Assembly: GCF_000021865.1 (NCBI RefSeq) | Contig: NC_014034.1 | Coordinates: 90,001-122,000, forward strand | Source: Rhodobacter capsulatus SB 1003 | GTDB taxonomy: Bacteria; Pseudomonadota; Alphaproteobacteria; Rhodobacterales; Rhodobacteraceae | Reading direction: 5' to 3' | DNA: 32,000 nucleotides | Shown here: positions 16,669 to 25,778 of the stretch, one piece after another | How the letters are laid out: every line of letters starts with the position of its first letter | Position numbering within the stretch: the stretch's first letter is position 1 | The notes under the pieces: generated by a model | Told to the model about the DNA's origin: nothing | Seen by the model: only the letters and a program-made list of their open reading frames with translations | Database searches by the model: none | Made by a program: the position numbers and the translations under genes

Positions 16669-17277
16669 TCAGACCGTTGTGGGCAGAGCTTCGAGGGAGA
16701 TCTGCCGGGAACACAGCGCCCGGCGCAGCGCGGCATCGTGGCTGATCACGAGCAGCGCCATGCCGCGGGACCGTGCCAACGGCACAAGCCCCCGCCACAG
16801 CGCCTGCGCCGAAAGCGCATCGAGCTGCGCGGTGATCTCGTCGCAGATCAGCACCCGCGTCTGCGGCAGGAAGAACCGCGCCAGCGACACCCGGGCCAGC
16901 TCGCCGCCCGACAGCTCGGCCGGGTGGCGGTCGGCCCAGCCGGGACGGATCGCCAGCGCGGCCAGAACCTCGGGGTCGGGCGGCGCGGCATTGGCCAGGA
17001 TGCGCCCGACATTCCAGCGCGGATCGACGGCCAGTTCCGGCGCCTGCGGCACATGCTGCACCGGGCCGGGCTGACGCCGGGGCAGGGCGGCGCCCTGCCA
17101 CAGCACCCGTCCGGCATCCGGGGTCAGCGCCCCCGACAGCACCCGCGCCAACGTCGATTTCCCCGCGCCCGAGGGGCCGCAAAGCCCCAGAACCTCGCCC
17201 GGCGCCAGGGTGAGGGAGAGATCCTGCAGCACCGGACGGCCGCCGAAGGCCAGCGAGATCGCCTCGGCCCTCAGCAT
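16669..17277 (-). CDS. nikE: Nickel/peptide-type ABC ATP-binding protein (second ATPase)
   Basis: Walker A GPSGAGKST, signature LSGGE and Walker B LICDE. 202 aa. Overlaps the preceding ATPase gene by 7 nt. Confidence 0.7.
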   Translation of the reverse strand: MLRAEAISLAFGGRPVLQDLSLTLAPGEVLGLCGPSGAGKSTLARVLSGALTPDAGRVLWQGAALPRRQPGPVQHVPQAPELAVDPRWNVGRILANAAPPDPEVLAALAIRPGWADRHPAELSGGELARVSLARFFLPQTRVLICDEITAQLDALSAQALWRGLVPLARSRGMALLVISHDAALRRALCSRQISLEALPTTV

Positions 17278-18008
17278 GGCAGATCCGCCCCGGTCCAGGT
17301 CTGCGCCGACCAGAGCGCGCGGGAAAACGGATGCCGCAGCTGCCCGCCGGTGAATTCCTGCGCCTGCGCGGTTTCGACCATCCGGCCCTCCTGCAAGATC
17401 GTGACCCGCCCGGCGATGGCGATCAGCCGCGGCAGATCATGGCTGATCACGCAGACCCCGTGCCCCTCGGCGGCCAGCCCGGCCAAAAGCGCCAGGATCC
17501 GGTCCGCGGTCTCCGGGTCAAGGCCCAGCGTCGGCTCGTCGGCGATCAGAAAACCGGCGCCGGTGGCCAGCGCAGTGGCGATCAGCGCCCGTTTCGCCAT
17601 GCCCCCCGACAGCTGATGCGGAAAGGCCCGGGCGGCGGGCGCGGGCAGGCCAAGCCGGGCCAGACAGGCGGTCACATCGGGCGGCGGCTGCCCCGCCAGC
17701 CGGGCAAAGCGGCGGATCTGATCGCCCAGCCGGGTCAGCGGATCAAGCGCGTCGATCCCCTGCGGCGCCAGCGCCAGCTGCCCCCGCGCCAGCGGTTGCC
17801 CGGCCAGCGTGATCTGCCCCGAAACCTCGGCATTGCGGGGCAACAGGCCCATCAGCGCCTCGGCCACCAGGCTTTTGCCCGCGCCGGAGCCGCCCACCAG
17901 CCCCACCACCTCGCCGCGGGCCAGGGTCAGGTCCAGACCGGAAAGCGGTTGGCTGTGACCGCCGTCATGGCGGCGAAACCGCACCGAGAGCGCCGTGACC
18001 CGCAGCAT
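17271..18008 (-). CDS. nikD: Nickel/peptide-type ABC ATP-binding protein (first ATPase)
   Basis: Walker A GGSGAGKS, signature LSGGMAKR and Walker B LIADEPT. ATG 18008 forms an ATGA overlap with the permease stop. Track ORF trimmed from 18401. Confidence 0.7.
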   Translation of the reverse strand: MLRVTALSVRFRRHDGGHSQPLSGLDLTLARGEVVGLVGGSGAGKSLVAEALMGLLPRNAEVSGQITLAGQPLARGQLALAPQGIDALDPLTRLGDQIRRFARLAGQPPPDVTACLARLGLPAPAARAFPHQLSGGMAKRALIATALATGAGFLIADEPTLGLDPETADRILALLAGLAAEGHGVCVISHDLPRLIAIAGRVTILQEGRMVETAQAQEFTGGQLRHPFSRALWSAQTWTGADLPC

Positions 18009-18862
18009 CACGCCACCCCCTCGCGCGGGTCGGCGGCGCGGCGCAGGGTCTCGCCGAAAAGCTCGAAGCTGAGCGCGACGATCATCAGCCCCAGCCCCGG
18101 AAACAGCGCCACCCACCAATGCCCGGCCAGAATCCCGCGCAGGCTTTCCGACAGGATCACCCCGATCGAGGGCAGATGCGGCGGAATGCCAAGGCCGATG
18201 AAGGAGAGCCCCGCCTCGTGCAGGATCGCATGCGGAAAGATCAAGACGAAGCCCGCCACCACCTGCGGCAGCAGATGCGGCGCCAGATGATGCCGCGCGA
18301 TCCAGAGCGGCGACCGCCCCAGCGCGCGCGAGACGGTCACGAAATCGGCCACCGCGACGGTCTGCGCCTCGTGCCGCAGCACGCGGGCCAGCCGCGGCCA
18401 ATGCGTCAGCCCGACGCCGAAAACGACCCCCCAGATCCCGCCGCCCGCCGCATAGGCGACCAGCATGATCAGCACGAAATGCGGCAGGCCCAGCGCCATC
18501 TCGGTCAGCACGCCGACGATCCGGTCCAGGCGACGGTCCAGCGCCGCGGCAAGGCCAAGCCCCACCGCCAGCGCCGTCGACAGGATCGCGGCGAAAAGCC
18601 CGACCTTCACCGAAACGGCGAGCGCGGCAAAGCTGCGCGCCGCCATGTCGCGGCCCAGCGCATCGGTGCCGAACGGATGCGCCACCGAGGGCGGCAGGTT
18701 CCGGGTCAGCGCATTCACCGCCGGGCCGGTCTCGGGCAGGGCCAGCGCGATCAGGATCGGCGCCGCGAAGACCGCCGTCACCAGCCCGCCGCGCCAGAGC
18801 AGCGCCCGGCGCAGGGGCGATCGCAGCGCCATCGGGCGCAGGCTCAGGCTGGCATCGGTCAT
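18008..18862 (-). CDS. nikC: Nickel/peptide-type ABC permease (DppC/NikC-like)
   Basis: 284 aa with the binding-protein-dependent transport inner-membrane pattern. ATG 18862 forms an ATGA overlap with the nikB stop. The rest of the 641-aa track ORF is an out-of-frame artefact. Confidence 0.75.
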   Translation of the reverse strand: MTDASLSLRPMALRSPLRRALLWRGGLVTAVFAAPILIALALPETGPAVNALTRNLPPSVAHPFGTDALGRDMAARSFAALAVSVKVGLFAAILSTALAVGLGLAAALDRRLDRIVGVLTEMALGLPHFVLIMLVAYAAGGGIWGVVFGVGLTHWPRLARVLRHEAQTVAVADFVTVSRALGRSPLWIARHHLAPHLLPQVVAGFVLIFPHAILHEAGLSFIGLGIPPHLPSIGVILSESLRGILAGHWWVALFPGLGLMIVALSFELFGETLRRAADPREGVA

Positions 18863-19845
18863 CGCATCTCCTTCAGCCGCGGATCGGCCAGCCGCGCGGC
18901 GATATCGGCCAGAAGGTTGCCGCAAAAGACGAACACCAGCGTCGCCAGCGCGATGCCCAGCAGCAGCGGCGCATCGGCCCCGGTGGCGGCGCGCACGGTG
19001 GCCTGCCCCAGCCCGGGCCAGGCAAAGATCGTCTCGGCCAGAACCGAGCCGCCGACCAGCTCGCCCGCCCCCGCCAGATGCACCGTCAGCGCCGGGCCGA
19101 TCGCATGCCGGGCGCCATAGCGAAAGGCCAGCCGCAGCGGCGAGGCCCCATGCGCCGCCAGATGCCGCGCCGCCGGGCTTTCCAGAAACGCCGTGGCCCG
19201 GGCGCGGGTATGCAGGATCAGCGCCGAAATGCCGACGACCGAAACCGTCGCGGCAGGCAGGATCAGATGGGTCAGCCGCGCGCCAAGGCTGGCTTCGGCG
19301 GCGGTCAGGCCGGGCGGCGCGGCGCAGCAGGCGGGCAGCCAGCCCAGCCCCACGGCAAACACCGAGATCAGCAGGATCGCGATCCAGAACCCCGGGCTGG
19401 CGGAAAGCATCACCGCAAGACCCCGGATCAGCCGGTCCGGCCAGCGCCCCCGCATCGCCGCCGCCAGCAGGCCCAGGGTGAAGCCCAGCGCCAGCGCCAG
19501 ACAGAAGCCCGTTCCGATCAGCGCCAGCGAGGCCCCGGCGCGCTGGGCGATCAGATCCAGCACCGGGGCGTTGTAGCTGATCGAAGTGCCGAAATCGCCC
19601 GTGGCGAGATGCGACAGCCAGAGCCAGAACCGCTCCGGCGCGGGGGCATTCAGCCCCCAGGCCTCGGCGATGGCGGCGCGTTGCTCGGGGCCGACCTGCG
19701 CCACCCGCGCGCCGACATAGGCCTGCACCGGATCGACCGGGGCCAGCGAGACCAGCGTGAAGAGCCCCGCCATCGCCAGCGGCAGCAGCCAGATCAGCCG
19801 GATCAGCCGGTCCAGAAGCAGCCGCGCCAGCCAGCTGCGGGCCAT
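18859..19845 (-). CDS. nikB: Nickel/peptide-type ABC permease (DppB/NikB-like)
   Basis: 328 aa (MARSWLARLLLDRL...). ATG 19845 shares 1 nt with the SBP stop (TGATG). The alternative ATG is at 19860. Confidence 0.75.
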   Translation of the reverse strand: MARSWLARLLLDRLIRLIWLLPLAMAGLFTLVSLAPVDPVQAYVGARVAQVGPEQRAAIAEAWGLNAPAPERFWLWLSHLATGDFGTSISYNAPVLDLIAQRAGASLALIGTGFCLALALGFTLGLLAAAMRGRWPDRLIRGLAVMLSASPGFWIAILLISVFAVGLGWLPACCAAPPGLTAAEASLGARLTHLILPAATVSVVGISALILHTRARATAFLESPAARHLAAHGASPLRLAFRYGARHAIGPALTVHLAGAGELVGGSVLAETIFAWPGLGQATVRAATGADAPLLLGIALATLVFVFCGNLLADIAARLADPRLKEMR

Positions 19846-21425
19846 CACTTGCAGGTCCATGTCCAGCCTTGCAGCCCCTGCGTGATCGGATAGCCATGGC
19901 CATGCGGCTCGATCTGCAGCGGACCAAGGTCAAGGCAATCGCTGACCCAGTAATTGTGATCGATGTTCACCAGCCAGGCCCAGGCGGCATCGCCGCGCGC
20001 GCCAAAGCCGGTGCTGCCATCCCATTGCGCCGCCTGCCAGTCCGGCAGCGAGGCGGCGAAATCCGGGGCGGCCTGCGCGGCATCCAGATGCGCATCGACG
20101 GCCGGGTTCCGGTAATAGCCGGCGTTGTAGTAATCGACCCCCGCGAAATCGCCGTGATAAAGCGCATGAATCTCAGAGGGATCATGCGCCCCCCAGCCGA
20201 ACAGCACCGCATCTTGATGCATTACGTTCTCGATGTCGTCCCAGCTTTTCCCCGAGGGTTCGATGGCGATCCCCACCGATTTCGCCTGTTCGGCAACGCC
20301 CAGCGCCAGCGCCTGGCGCAGCGAATCCGAGGCCGGATAGACAAGGGTGAACCGCGCCTCCTGCCCGTTCTTTTCGCGCAGACCGTCGCCGTTGCCATCG
20401 ACCCAGCCCGCGGCCTCCAGCGTGACGGCGGCGGCGATCGGATCGGCATCGGGCAGGGCGCTTGCGGGCTGGTCCCAGGGCAGGCCATCGGCCGGACCAT
20501 GCGCCGGGCGGCCATGGCCCTCCAGCGCCAGATCGACCAGCGCCTTGCGGTCAAGAAGCTGGTTGAGCGCGCGGCGGATCGCGGGATCGGCGGTCACGTC
20601 ATTGCCGATGGGCTTGCCCTCCGCGGTCTTGCCCCCGGCGGGCACCATCGGGAACATCACGCCGCGGTTGTCGACCGTCTTCACATGCAGCGCCCGCATG
20701 CCCGCAGGCGGCGCGTCAGAGCCTGCCGGGGGCACGGCCGCCACCTGCACCGCCCCGGTCTGCGCCAGCGCGATCGCCGCCGCTTCTTCGCCGAAGATGA
20801 AACTGACCCGCGGAAAGGCTATGGCGCCGCCGTGCCAATAGGGGTTCCGCTCGACCACCAGCTGCTCGCCCGGGCGCCATTCGACCATCCGGAACGGCCC
20901 GGCGCCAATAGGATGGCGGGCGTAATCCGCGCCATAGCCCGCCTTCGGCACGATGCCGAGCCCGACCAGATGGCTGGTGAAGGTGATCTGCGGCCGCGTC
21001 AGCTCCAGCGCCACCGTGTCGGGGGCGATGGCGCGGGCTTCGCGCAGGATCTTCATGTCGACGAGCCCGCCCGCATCGCGCGCGGTGTTGAAGGTGAAGG
21101 CCACATCCTCGGCCGTCAGCGCCGTCCCATCCGAGAATTTCGCATCCTGCCGCAGTTTGATCGTCCAGGTCAGCCGGTCGTCCGACAGGCTCCAGCTGGT
21201 CGCCAGATCGCCGACCATCGTCAGATCGGCGTCGAAGCGCAGCAGCGTTGCCTGAAACAGCGGGTTGCCGTAGCGGCCCCAGCCCATCACCGGATCGAAG
21301 CCGCCCTCGGGCTCGCCCCCCACCGCCAGAACCAGCGGCGGCACCGGACCGGCCTGCAGCGGGGGTGCCAAAGCCAGACCCAGCAGCGCGGCAGGCACAA
21401 GCCCTTTAAAGGTTTTCAGCGACAT
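19845..21425 (-). CDS. nikA: Family-5 periplasmic substrate-binding protein, NikA-like
   Basis: 526 aa with a signal peptide (ALLGLALAPPLQA) and SBP_bac_5-like architecture. Assignment to nickel rests mainly on the exact NikR-type operator just upstream. Confidence 0.7.
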   Translation of the reverse strand: MSLKTFKGLVPAALLGLALAPPLQAGPVPPLVLAVGGEPEGGFDPVMGWGRYGNPLFQATLLRFDADLTMVGDLATSWSLSDDRLTWTIKLRQDAKFSDGTALTAEDVAFTFNTARDAGGLVDMKILREARAIAPDTVALELTRPQITFTSHLVGLGIVPKAGYGADYARHPIGAGPFRMVEWRPGEQLVVERNPYWHGGAIAFPRVSFIFGEEAAAIALAQTGAVQVAAVPPAGSDAPPAGMRALHVKTVDNRGVMFPMVPAGGKTAEGKPIGNDVTADPAIRRALNQLLDRKALVDLALEGHGRPAHGPADGLPWDQPASALPDADPIAAAVTLEAAGWVDGNGDGLREKNGQEARFTLVYPASDSLRQALALGVAEQAKSVGIAIEPSGKSWDDIENVMHQDAVLFGWGAHDPSEIHALYHGDFAGVDYYNAGYYRNPAVDAHLDAAQAAPDFAASLPDWQAAQWDGSTGFGARGDAAWAWLVNIDHNYWVSDCLDLGPLQIEPHGHGYPITQGLQGWTWTCK

Positions 21426-21436
21426 CTTGCCCCCAA

Positions 21437-21464
21437 GTATGATTTCGTCGAAACTAAATCATAC
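21437..21464. promoter_or_regulatory. NikR-type operator GTATGA-N16-TCATAC
   Basis: GTATGATTTCGTCGAAACTAAATCATAC. The arms extend to 9 bp (GTATGATTT/AAATCATAC). It lies 12 nt upstream of the nikA ATG (21425). Confidence 0.7.
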
Positions 21465-21505
21465 GATCCGGGCCTCTGTCCACAGCCAATGCGGGGGGCG
21501 GGGGG

Positions 21506-21892
21506 TCAGGCGGTGGGACGGCTGAAGACATAGCCGACGCCGGTGACCATCAGCGCGGCCACGCCGGCGGTCTGCCAGGCGGCGGGATGGCGCAGCAGGA
21601 TGAACAGCGCCAGACCCAGCGCCGAGCCGCACAGCGCCATCACCTTGCCGCGCCGCGGGATCGCACCGCGTTCGCGCCAGTCGCGCAGCATCGGGCCGAA
21701 AGCGGGATGGGTCAGCAGCCAGTCCTCCAGCCGTTCGGAGGAGCGGGCAAAGAAAGCCGCGGCAAGGATCAGGAACGGCACCGTCGGCAGCACCGGCAGA
21801 AAGATGCCGACAAAGGCGACGGCGGTGAAGATCAGGCCGATGGTCAGATAGACCGCCCGCACAAGACGTTCTCCGGGCGTGTGCTGGGTCAT
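21506..21892 (-). CDS. ybaN: DUF454 family inner-membrane protein (YbaN-like)
   Basis: 128 aa with a YbaN-like pattern (IGLIFTAVAFVGIFLPVLPTVPFLILAAAFFARSS.RLEDWLL.HP.FGP). A strong GGGAGG RBS is present. Confidence 0.8.
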   Translation of the reverse strand: MTQHTPGERLVRAVYLTIGLIFTAVAFVGIFLPVLPTVPFLILAAAFFARSSERLEDWLLTHPAFGPMLRDWRERGAIPRRGKVMALCGSALGLALFILLRHPAAWQTAGVAALMVTGVGYVFSRPTA

Positions 21893-22140
21893 CTTTCGCC
21901 TCCCTCTCGTGGCCGGACGACCGCGCCGGACCGGGCGGCGTCGCGTGAAACCGAATCACCCCCCGAACCGCCGAACCCCGGACATGATGTCGCGGTCCTC
22001 TGGCGTGAAGCAGGCCACAGCCGGGACAAGGACGCAACGGAAATTGCCGTTCTGCCGAGGTCCGGGGCAAGTGCGGGGTCGGATTCGTCAAAGCTGACAA
22101 AAACAATCTGCCATGTCAACGCCGCCGGGCGGGCCGGGGA

Positions 22141-22905
22141 TCAGGCAGGCGCCAGATGATGCAGCACCAGCGGGCGGCCGCCCTGCGTGATCACCGCGAT
22201 CTCGGTGTCGTAAAGCGCGGAAAGGCGCGGCCCGGTCAGCACCGCCTCGGGCGTGCCGGTGGCCACCACCGCGCCCGCCTTCATCGCCACGACATGATCG
22301 GCCCAGGCGGCGGCGAAATTCAGATCGTGCAGCACGATCAGCACCGAGCCGCCCGCATCGCGCAGCCGCGCCAGATGCGCCATCAGCGCCCGTGCATGCG
22401 CCAGATCGAGGTTGTTCAGCGGCTCGTCGAGGATCAGCCAGGGCGTTTCCTGCGCCGCCGCCATTGCCAGATGCGCCCGCTGCGCCTGCCCGCCCGAAAG
22501 CGTGTCAAGGAAGCGATGCGCCAGCGGCTCCAGTTCGAAATCCCGCAGCGCCCGGTCGATCGCGGCGTGATCGGCGGGCCCCGGACGGCCATGGCAATGC
22601 GGCCAGCGCCCGAAGGCCACCAGCTCCCGCACCCGCAGCCGCGAGGCGAGCCCGGTGTGCTGCCCCAGAAAGGCGAGGTCCCGTGCCAGCACTCCGCCCG
22701 GGGTCGTCGCCACATCGCGCCCGTTCACCCGCACCCGGCCCGGCGGCGGCGTCTCGATCCGCGCGATCAGCCGTGACAGCGTCGATTTCCCCGCCCCGTT
22801 CGGCCCGATCAGCGCGGTGATCTGGCCCGCGGGCAGGGTCAGCGTCGTCGGCGCCAGAATCTGCACCCCGCCCACCGTGAAAGACAGCTCCGTCACCTCG
22901 ATCAT
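22141..22905 (-). CDS. Iron-siderophore ABC ATP-binding protein (FepC/CeuD/YclP-like)
   Basis: Walker A GPNGAGKSTL, signature LSGGQAQR and Walker B LILDEPLNNLD. ATG 22905 forms an ATGA overlap with the permease stop. Confidence 0.85.
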   Translation of the reverse strand: MIEVTELSFTVGGVQILAPTTLTLPAGQITALIGPNGAGKSTLSRLIARIETPPPGRVRVNGRDVATTPGGVLARDLAFLGQHTGLASRLRVRELVAFGRWPHCHGRPGPADHAAIDRALRDFELEPLAHRFLDTLSGGQAQRAHLAMAAAQETPWLILDEPLNNLDLAHARALMAHLARLRDAGGSVLIVLHDLNFAAAWADHVVAMKAGAVVATGTPEAVLTGPRLSALYDTEIAVITQGGRPLVLHHLAPA

Positions 22906-23849
22906 CGGATCTTCCCCCGCATCAGCAGCACCAGGAACAAAAGCCCGCCGCCGCAGTCCAGCACGACGCTGAGCGTCGCTTTCAGGCCCAGCACCCGTTC
23001 GAAGGCCCATTGCCCGCCGATCAGCCCGATCAGCGCCAGCCCCACCGACAGGGCCAGCAGCTGCCGATGCGGCGCCCCGGGCGCGAGGCTTTGCGCCAGC
23101 CCTGTCACGATCAGCCCGAAAAACGCGATCGGCCCCACCAGTGCCGTCGCCGTCGCGGTCAGCACGGCAACCAGCGCCAGTGTCGCCCTCACCATCGCCC
23201 GATGCGGCAGACCAAGCGAGAGCGCCCGGTCGCGGCCCAGGGCCAGCACGTCAAGCCGCGGCCCCAGCCAAAGCGCCAGCGCCATCGCGGGCAGGGCAAG
23301 GGTGGCGGCGCAAAGCAGCGTCTCGACCGAGGGGCGGGAGAAATTGGCGAAACTCACCGATTGCACGACGGCATTGGCATTCGGGTCGAGCACCCGCATC
23401 ACCAGCACCGACCCGGACCGGAACAGGATGCCGAGGATCACCCCGCTCAGGATCGTGCGACCGATGTCGGCGCCCCGCGCGCGGCCCAGAAGCGTGCCGA
23501 ACAGCGCCGCGGCAAGGCCGGTCATCAGCGCGGTTTCCAGCAGGAATTTCGGCCCGGCAGGCAGGGCGGCAAAACCCGAGATGCCCAGCGTGGCCAGCGA
23601 AACGCTCTGCACCAGCAGATAAAGCGCATCGAACCCCATGATCGAGGGCGTCAGGATCCGGTTCTGCGCCACGGTCTGAAACAGCACCGTCGCCATCGCC
23701 ACCGAGGCCGCCACCAGCGCCAGCGCCGCCAGTTTCCCTGCCCGCAGCGACAGCACGAAACCGGCATTGCCGGAAAGGCCCTGAAACAGCCAAAGCCCGG
23801 TGACCAGCGCCACCCCCGCCGCCAGCGCGATCCAAAGCCTAGCGCCCAT
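22902..23849 (-). CDS. Iron-siderophore ABC permease (FecCD family, second)
   Basis: 315 aa polytopic FecCD-type protein. The start at ATG 23849 (MGARLW...) overlaps the upstream permease by 11 nt. Confidence 0.8.
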   Translation of the reverse strand: MGARLWIALAAGVALVTGLWLFQGLSGNAGFVLSLRAGKLAALALVAASVAMATVLFQTVAQNRILTPSIMGFDALYLLVQSVSLATLGISGFAALPAGPKFLLETALMTGLAAALFGTLLGRARGADIGRTILSGVILGILFRSGSVLVMRVLDPNANAVVQSVSFANFSRPSVETLLCAATLALPAMALALWLGPRLDVLALGRDRALSLGLPHRAMVRATLALVAVLTATATALVGPIAFFGLIVTGLAQSLAPGAPHRQLLALSVGLALIGLIGGQWAFERVLGLKATLSVVLDCGGGLLFLVLLMRGKIR

Positions 23850-24777
23850 CGCGATCGCCCCGCCACAACAGCCACAGGAAGGCAAGCGCCCCGATCACGC
23901 CCAGAATCGTCCCGGCGGGGATCTCGTAGGGGTGGATGAGGATCCGCCCGAGCAGATCGCAGGCCAGCACCAGCGCCGCCCCCGCCAGCGCCACGACGGG
24001 CAGGGCGGCGCGCAGATTGTCGCCCATCACCCGCGTCACCAGATTGGGCACGATCAGCCCGACAAAGGGAAACATGCCCACCGTCACCACCACCATCGCG
24101 GTGACCAGCGCCACCACCGCAAGGCCAAGGCGCAGCACCGCCCGGGGGTTCAGACCCAGCGCGGTGGCGGCCTCGGGGCCAAGGCCGAGGATGGCGAAGC
24201 GGTCGGCGGCGGCCCAGGCCAGCGCCACCGCCACGCCCGCGACCCACAGGAGTTCATAGCGCCCGGCGATGACGCCGGAAAACTCGCCCGACATCAGCCA
24301 GACCGAAACATAGGGCAGCAGATCGGTTTCCCAGCCGACAAAGGTCACGCCCGCGCCCAGAACGCCCGACAGGATCAGCCCGGAAAGCGGCACCAGATAG
24401 ATCTCGCGCGGGGGCAGGCGGCGGATCAGCGCGGCGAACAGAACGGCGCCGACAAGGGCCGAAAGGGCCGCCACGATCATCTTGGCCCAGATCGGCGCGG
24501 CGGGGGCGACAAGGGTGATCGCCAGAAGCCCGGCCGCCGCCGCCTCGGGCGTGCCCGCCGTGGCGGGCTCGACGAAGCGGTTGCGCACGATCTGCTGCAT
24601 CACCACGCCCGCCACCGCCAGCGCCGCCCCGGTCAGGATCGCCGCCGCCGTCCGCGGCAGACGCGAGACCGAGAGCAAAAGCCCCGCCCGCCCGTCCAGA
24701 CTGGCCGCGCCGATGCACAGGCTGGCAAGGGCCAGAAGCCCCAGCCCGCCAAGCGCAAGAAACAATGGGCGCGGCAT
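23839..24777 (-). CDS. Iron-siderophore ABC permease (FecCD family, first)
   Basis: 312 aa polytopic FecCD-type protein (VMQQIVRNRFVEPATAG...). Confidence 0.8.
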   Translation of the reverse strand: MPRPLFLALGGLGLLALASLCIGAASLDGRAGLLLSVSRLPRTAAAILTGAALAVAGVVMQQIVRNRFVEPATAGTPEAAAAGLLAITLVAPAAPIWAKMIVAALSALVGAVLFAALIRRLPPREIYLVPLSGLILSGVLGAGVTFVGWETDLLPYVSVWLMSGEFSGVIAGRYELLWVAGVAVALAWAAADRFAILGLGPEAATALGLNPRAVLRLGLAVVALVTAMVVVTVGMFPFVGLIVPNLVTRVMGDNLRAALPVVALAGAALVLACDLLGRILIHPYEIPAGTILGVIGALAFLWLLWRGDRDGR

Positions 24778-24783
24778 CGGCCC

Positions 24784-25668
24784 TTAGCCTTTCAGCGCGG
24801 CCAGAAGCTCGGCCAGATTTTCCATCAGCGCCTGATAGCCGCCGCCTGCGATGTAAAGATCGGCGGCGTTCAGCATGACCACCTGCCCGGCCTTCGCCGC
24901 CTTGGTGCCCGCCACCAGCGGGTTGTTCAGCGTCTCGGCGGCCGAGGGCCCCTCGGCTCCGGTGGCGGCGCCGCGATCGACGACAATCAGCCAGTCGGGA
25001 TCGACCTCGGCGATGAATTCGAACGAGATCGCATCGCCATGCACCTCGGGTTTCAGCGCCGGCCAGGCCTCGGGCAGGCCGACCGTGTCATGGATCCAGC
25101 CAAAGCGCGAGCCGCGGCCATAGGCGGAAATCTTCGGCCCGTTCGTCAGCACGATCAGCGCATCGCCCTTGCCCGTCGCGGCCGCCTGCAGCGCCGCGAT
25201 GCGGGCCTCAAGCGCGGTGGCCAGCTCGGCCGCCTTGGCCTCCTTGCCGAAAAGCGCGCCATAGGCGGCCAGCCGGGCCCGGGCATCGCCGACCACATCG
25301 GCGGAAATCGACATGTCGAGCGTCGGCGCCACCTGCGCCACGGCGTCGAATTGCGCCGCCGACCGCGCCCCCACGATGATCAGATCGGGCGCAAGCGCCG
25401 ACAGCGCCTCGAGGTCGGGCTCGAACAGCGTGCCGATCGGCGCGGCGGCTTTCGGGTCAAGATATTGGACGTAAAGCTTGTCCGGCAGGCCGCTGGGCGT
25501 GACGCCAAGCGCCGTCAGGGTATCGGCGGCGGCGACGTCGAAGACGGCGACCGAGGCGGGGGCGGCAGGCAGGCTGACCGGGCCGCGGGCGGTGGCGATC
25601 GTCACCGGATCGGCAAGGACGGGAAGGGCGGCCAGCGTCAGCGCCGCCGCAAGTGCAAAGCGTTTCAT
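24784..25668 (-). CDS. Periplasmic siderophore-binding protein (CeuE/YclQ/VctP/FatB-like)
   Basis: 294 aa with signal peptide MKRFALAAALTLAALPVLA and a class III SBP pattern (FEPDLEALSALAPDLIIVG). First gene of a four-gene importer. Confidence 0.8.
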   Translation of the reverse strand: MKRFALAAALTLAALPVLADPVTIATARGPVSLPAAPASVAVFDVAAADTLTALGVTPSGLPDKLYVQYLDPKAAAPIGTLFEPDLEALSALAPDLIIVGARSAAQFDAVAQVAPTLDMSISADVVGDARARLAAYGALFGKEAKAAELATALEARIAALQAAATGKGDALIVLTNGPKISAYGRGSRFGWIHDTVGLPEAWPALKPEVHGDAISFEFIAEVDPDWLIVVDRGAATGAEGPSAAETLNNPLVAGTKAAKAGQVVMLNAADLYIAGGGYQALMENLAELLAALKG

Positions 25669-25706
25669 CGGGTCTCTCCGGGTCTGGCGTGGCTGAAACT
25701 GGCTTC

Positions 25707-25736
25707 GCCCGGGCTCAGATACCCCCTTGCCCGGGT
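25707..25736. promoter_or_regulatory. GC palindrome pair in the divergent SBP/DUF2218 intergenic region
   Basis: GCCCGGGC (25707-25714) and GCCCGGGT (25729-25736) are separated by 14 nt. This could be an 8-bp stem (one G-U pair) or a protein site. Confidence 0.25.
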
Positions 25737-25778
25737 CTTGACCAGCAGGTAGCCTACAAAAAAACTAAGGATATACGG

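Noticed and set aside
18863-19933. Upstream half of the 641-aa minus-strand ORF (apparent fusion of two permeases)
   Set aside because: This part is out of frame with nikB and has an Ala/Gly/Arg-rich translation. The genuine genes are nikB (18859-19845) and nikC (18008-18862), joined by an ATGA overlap.
21889-22119. 76-aa ORF inside the ybaN leader
   Set aside because: It has a TTG start without an RBS, third-position GC of only about 60%, and rare AGA/AGG/ACA/TCA codons. It ends by overlapping the ybaN ATG. More likely non-coding.
21893-22140. Cobalamin riboswitch upstream of ybaN
   Set aside because: GCCAGAGGACCGCG on the minus strand loosely resembles a B12 box. The other conserved blocks (GGTGAAAATCC-like, GCCACTG, etc.) are not present in order, and I could not assemble the characteristic structure.
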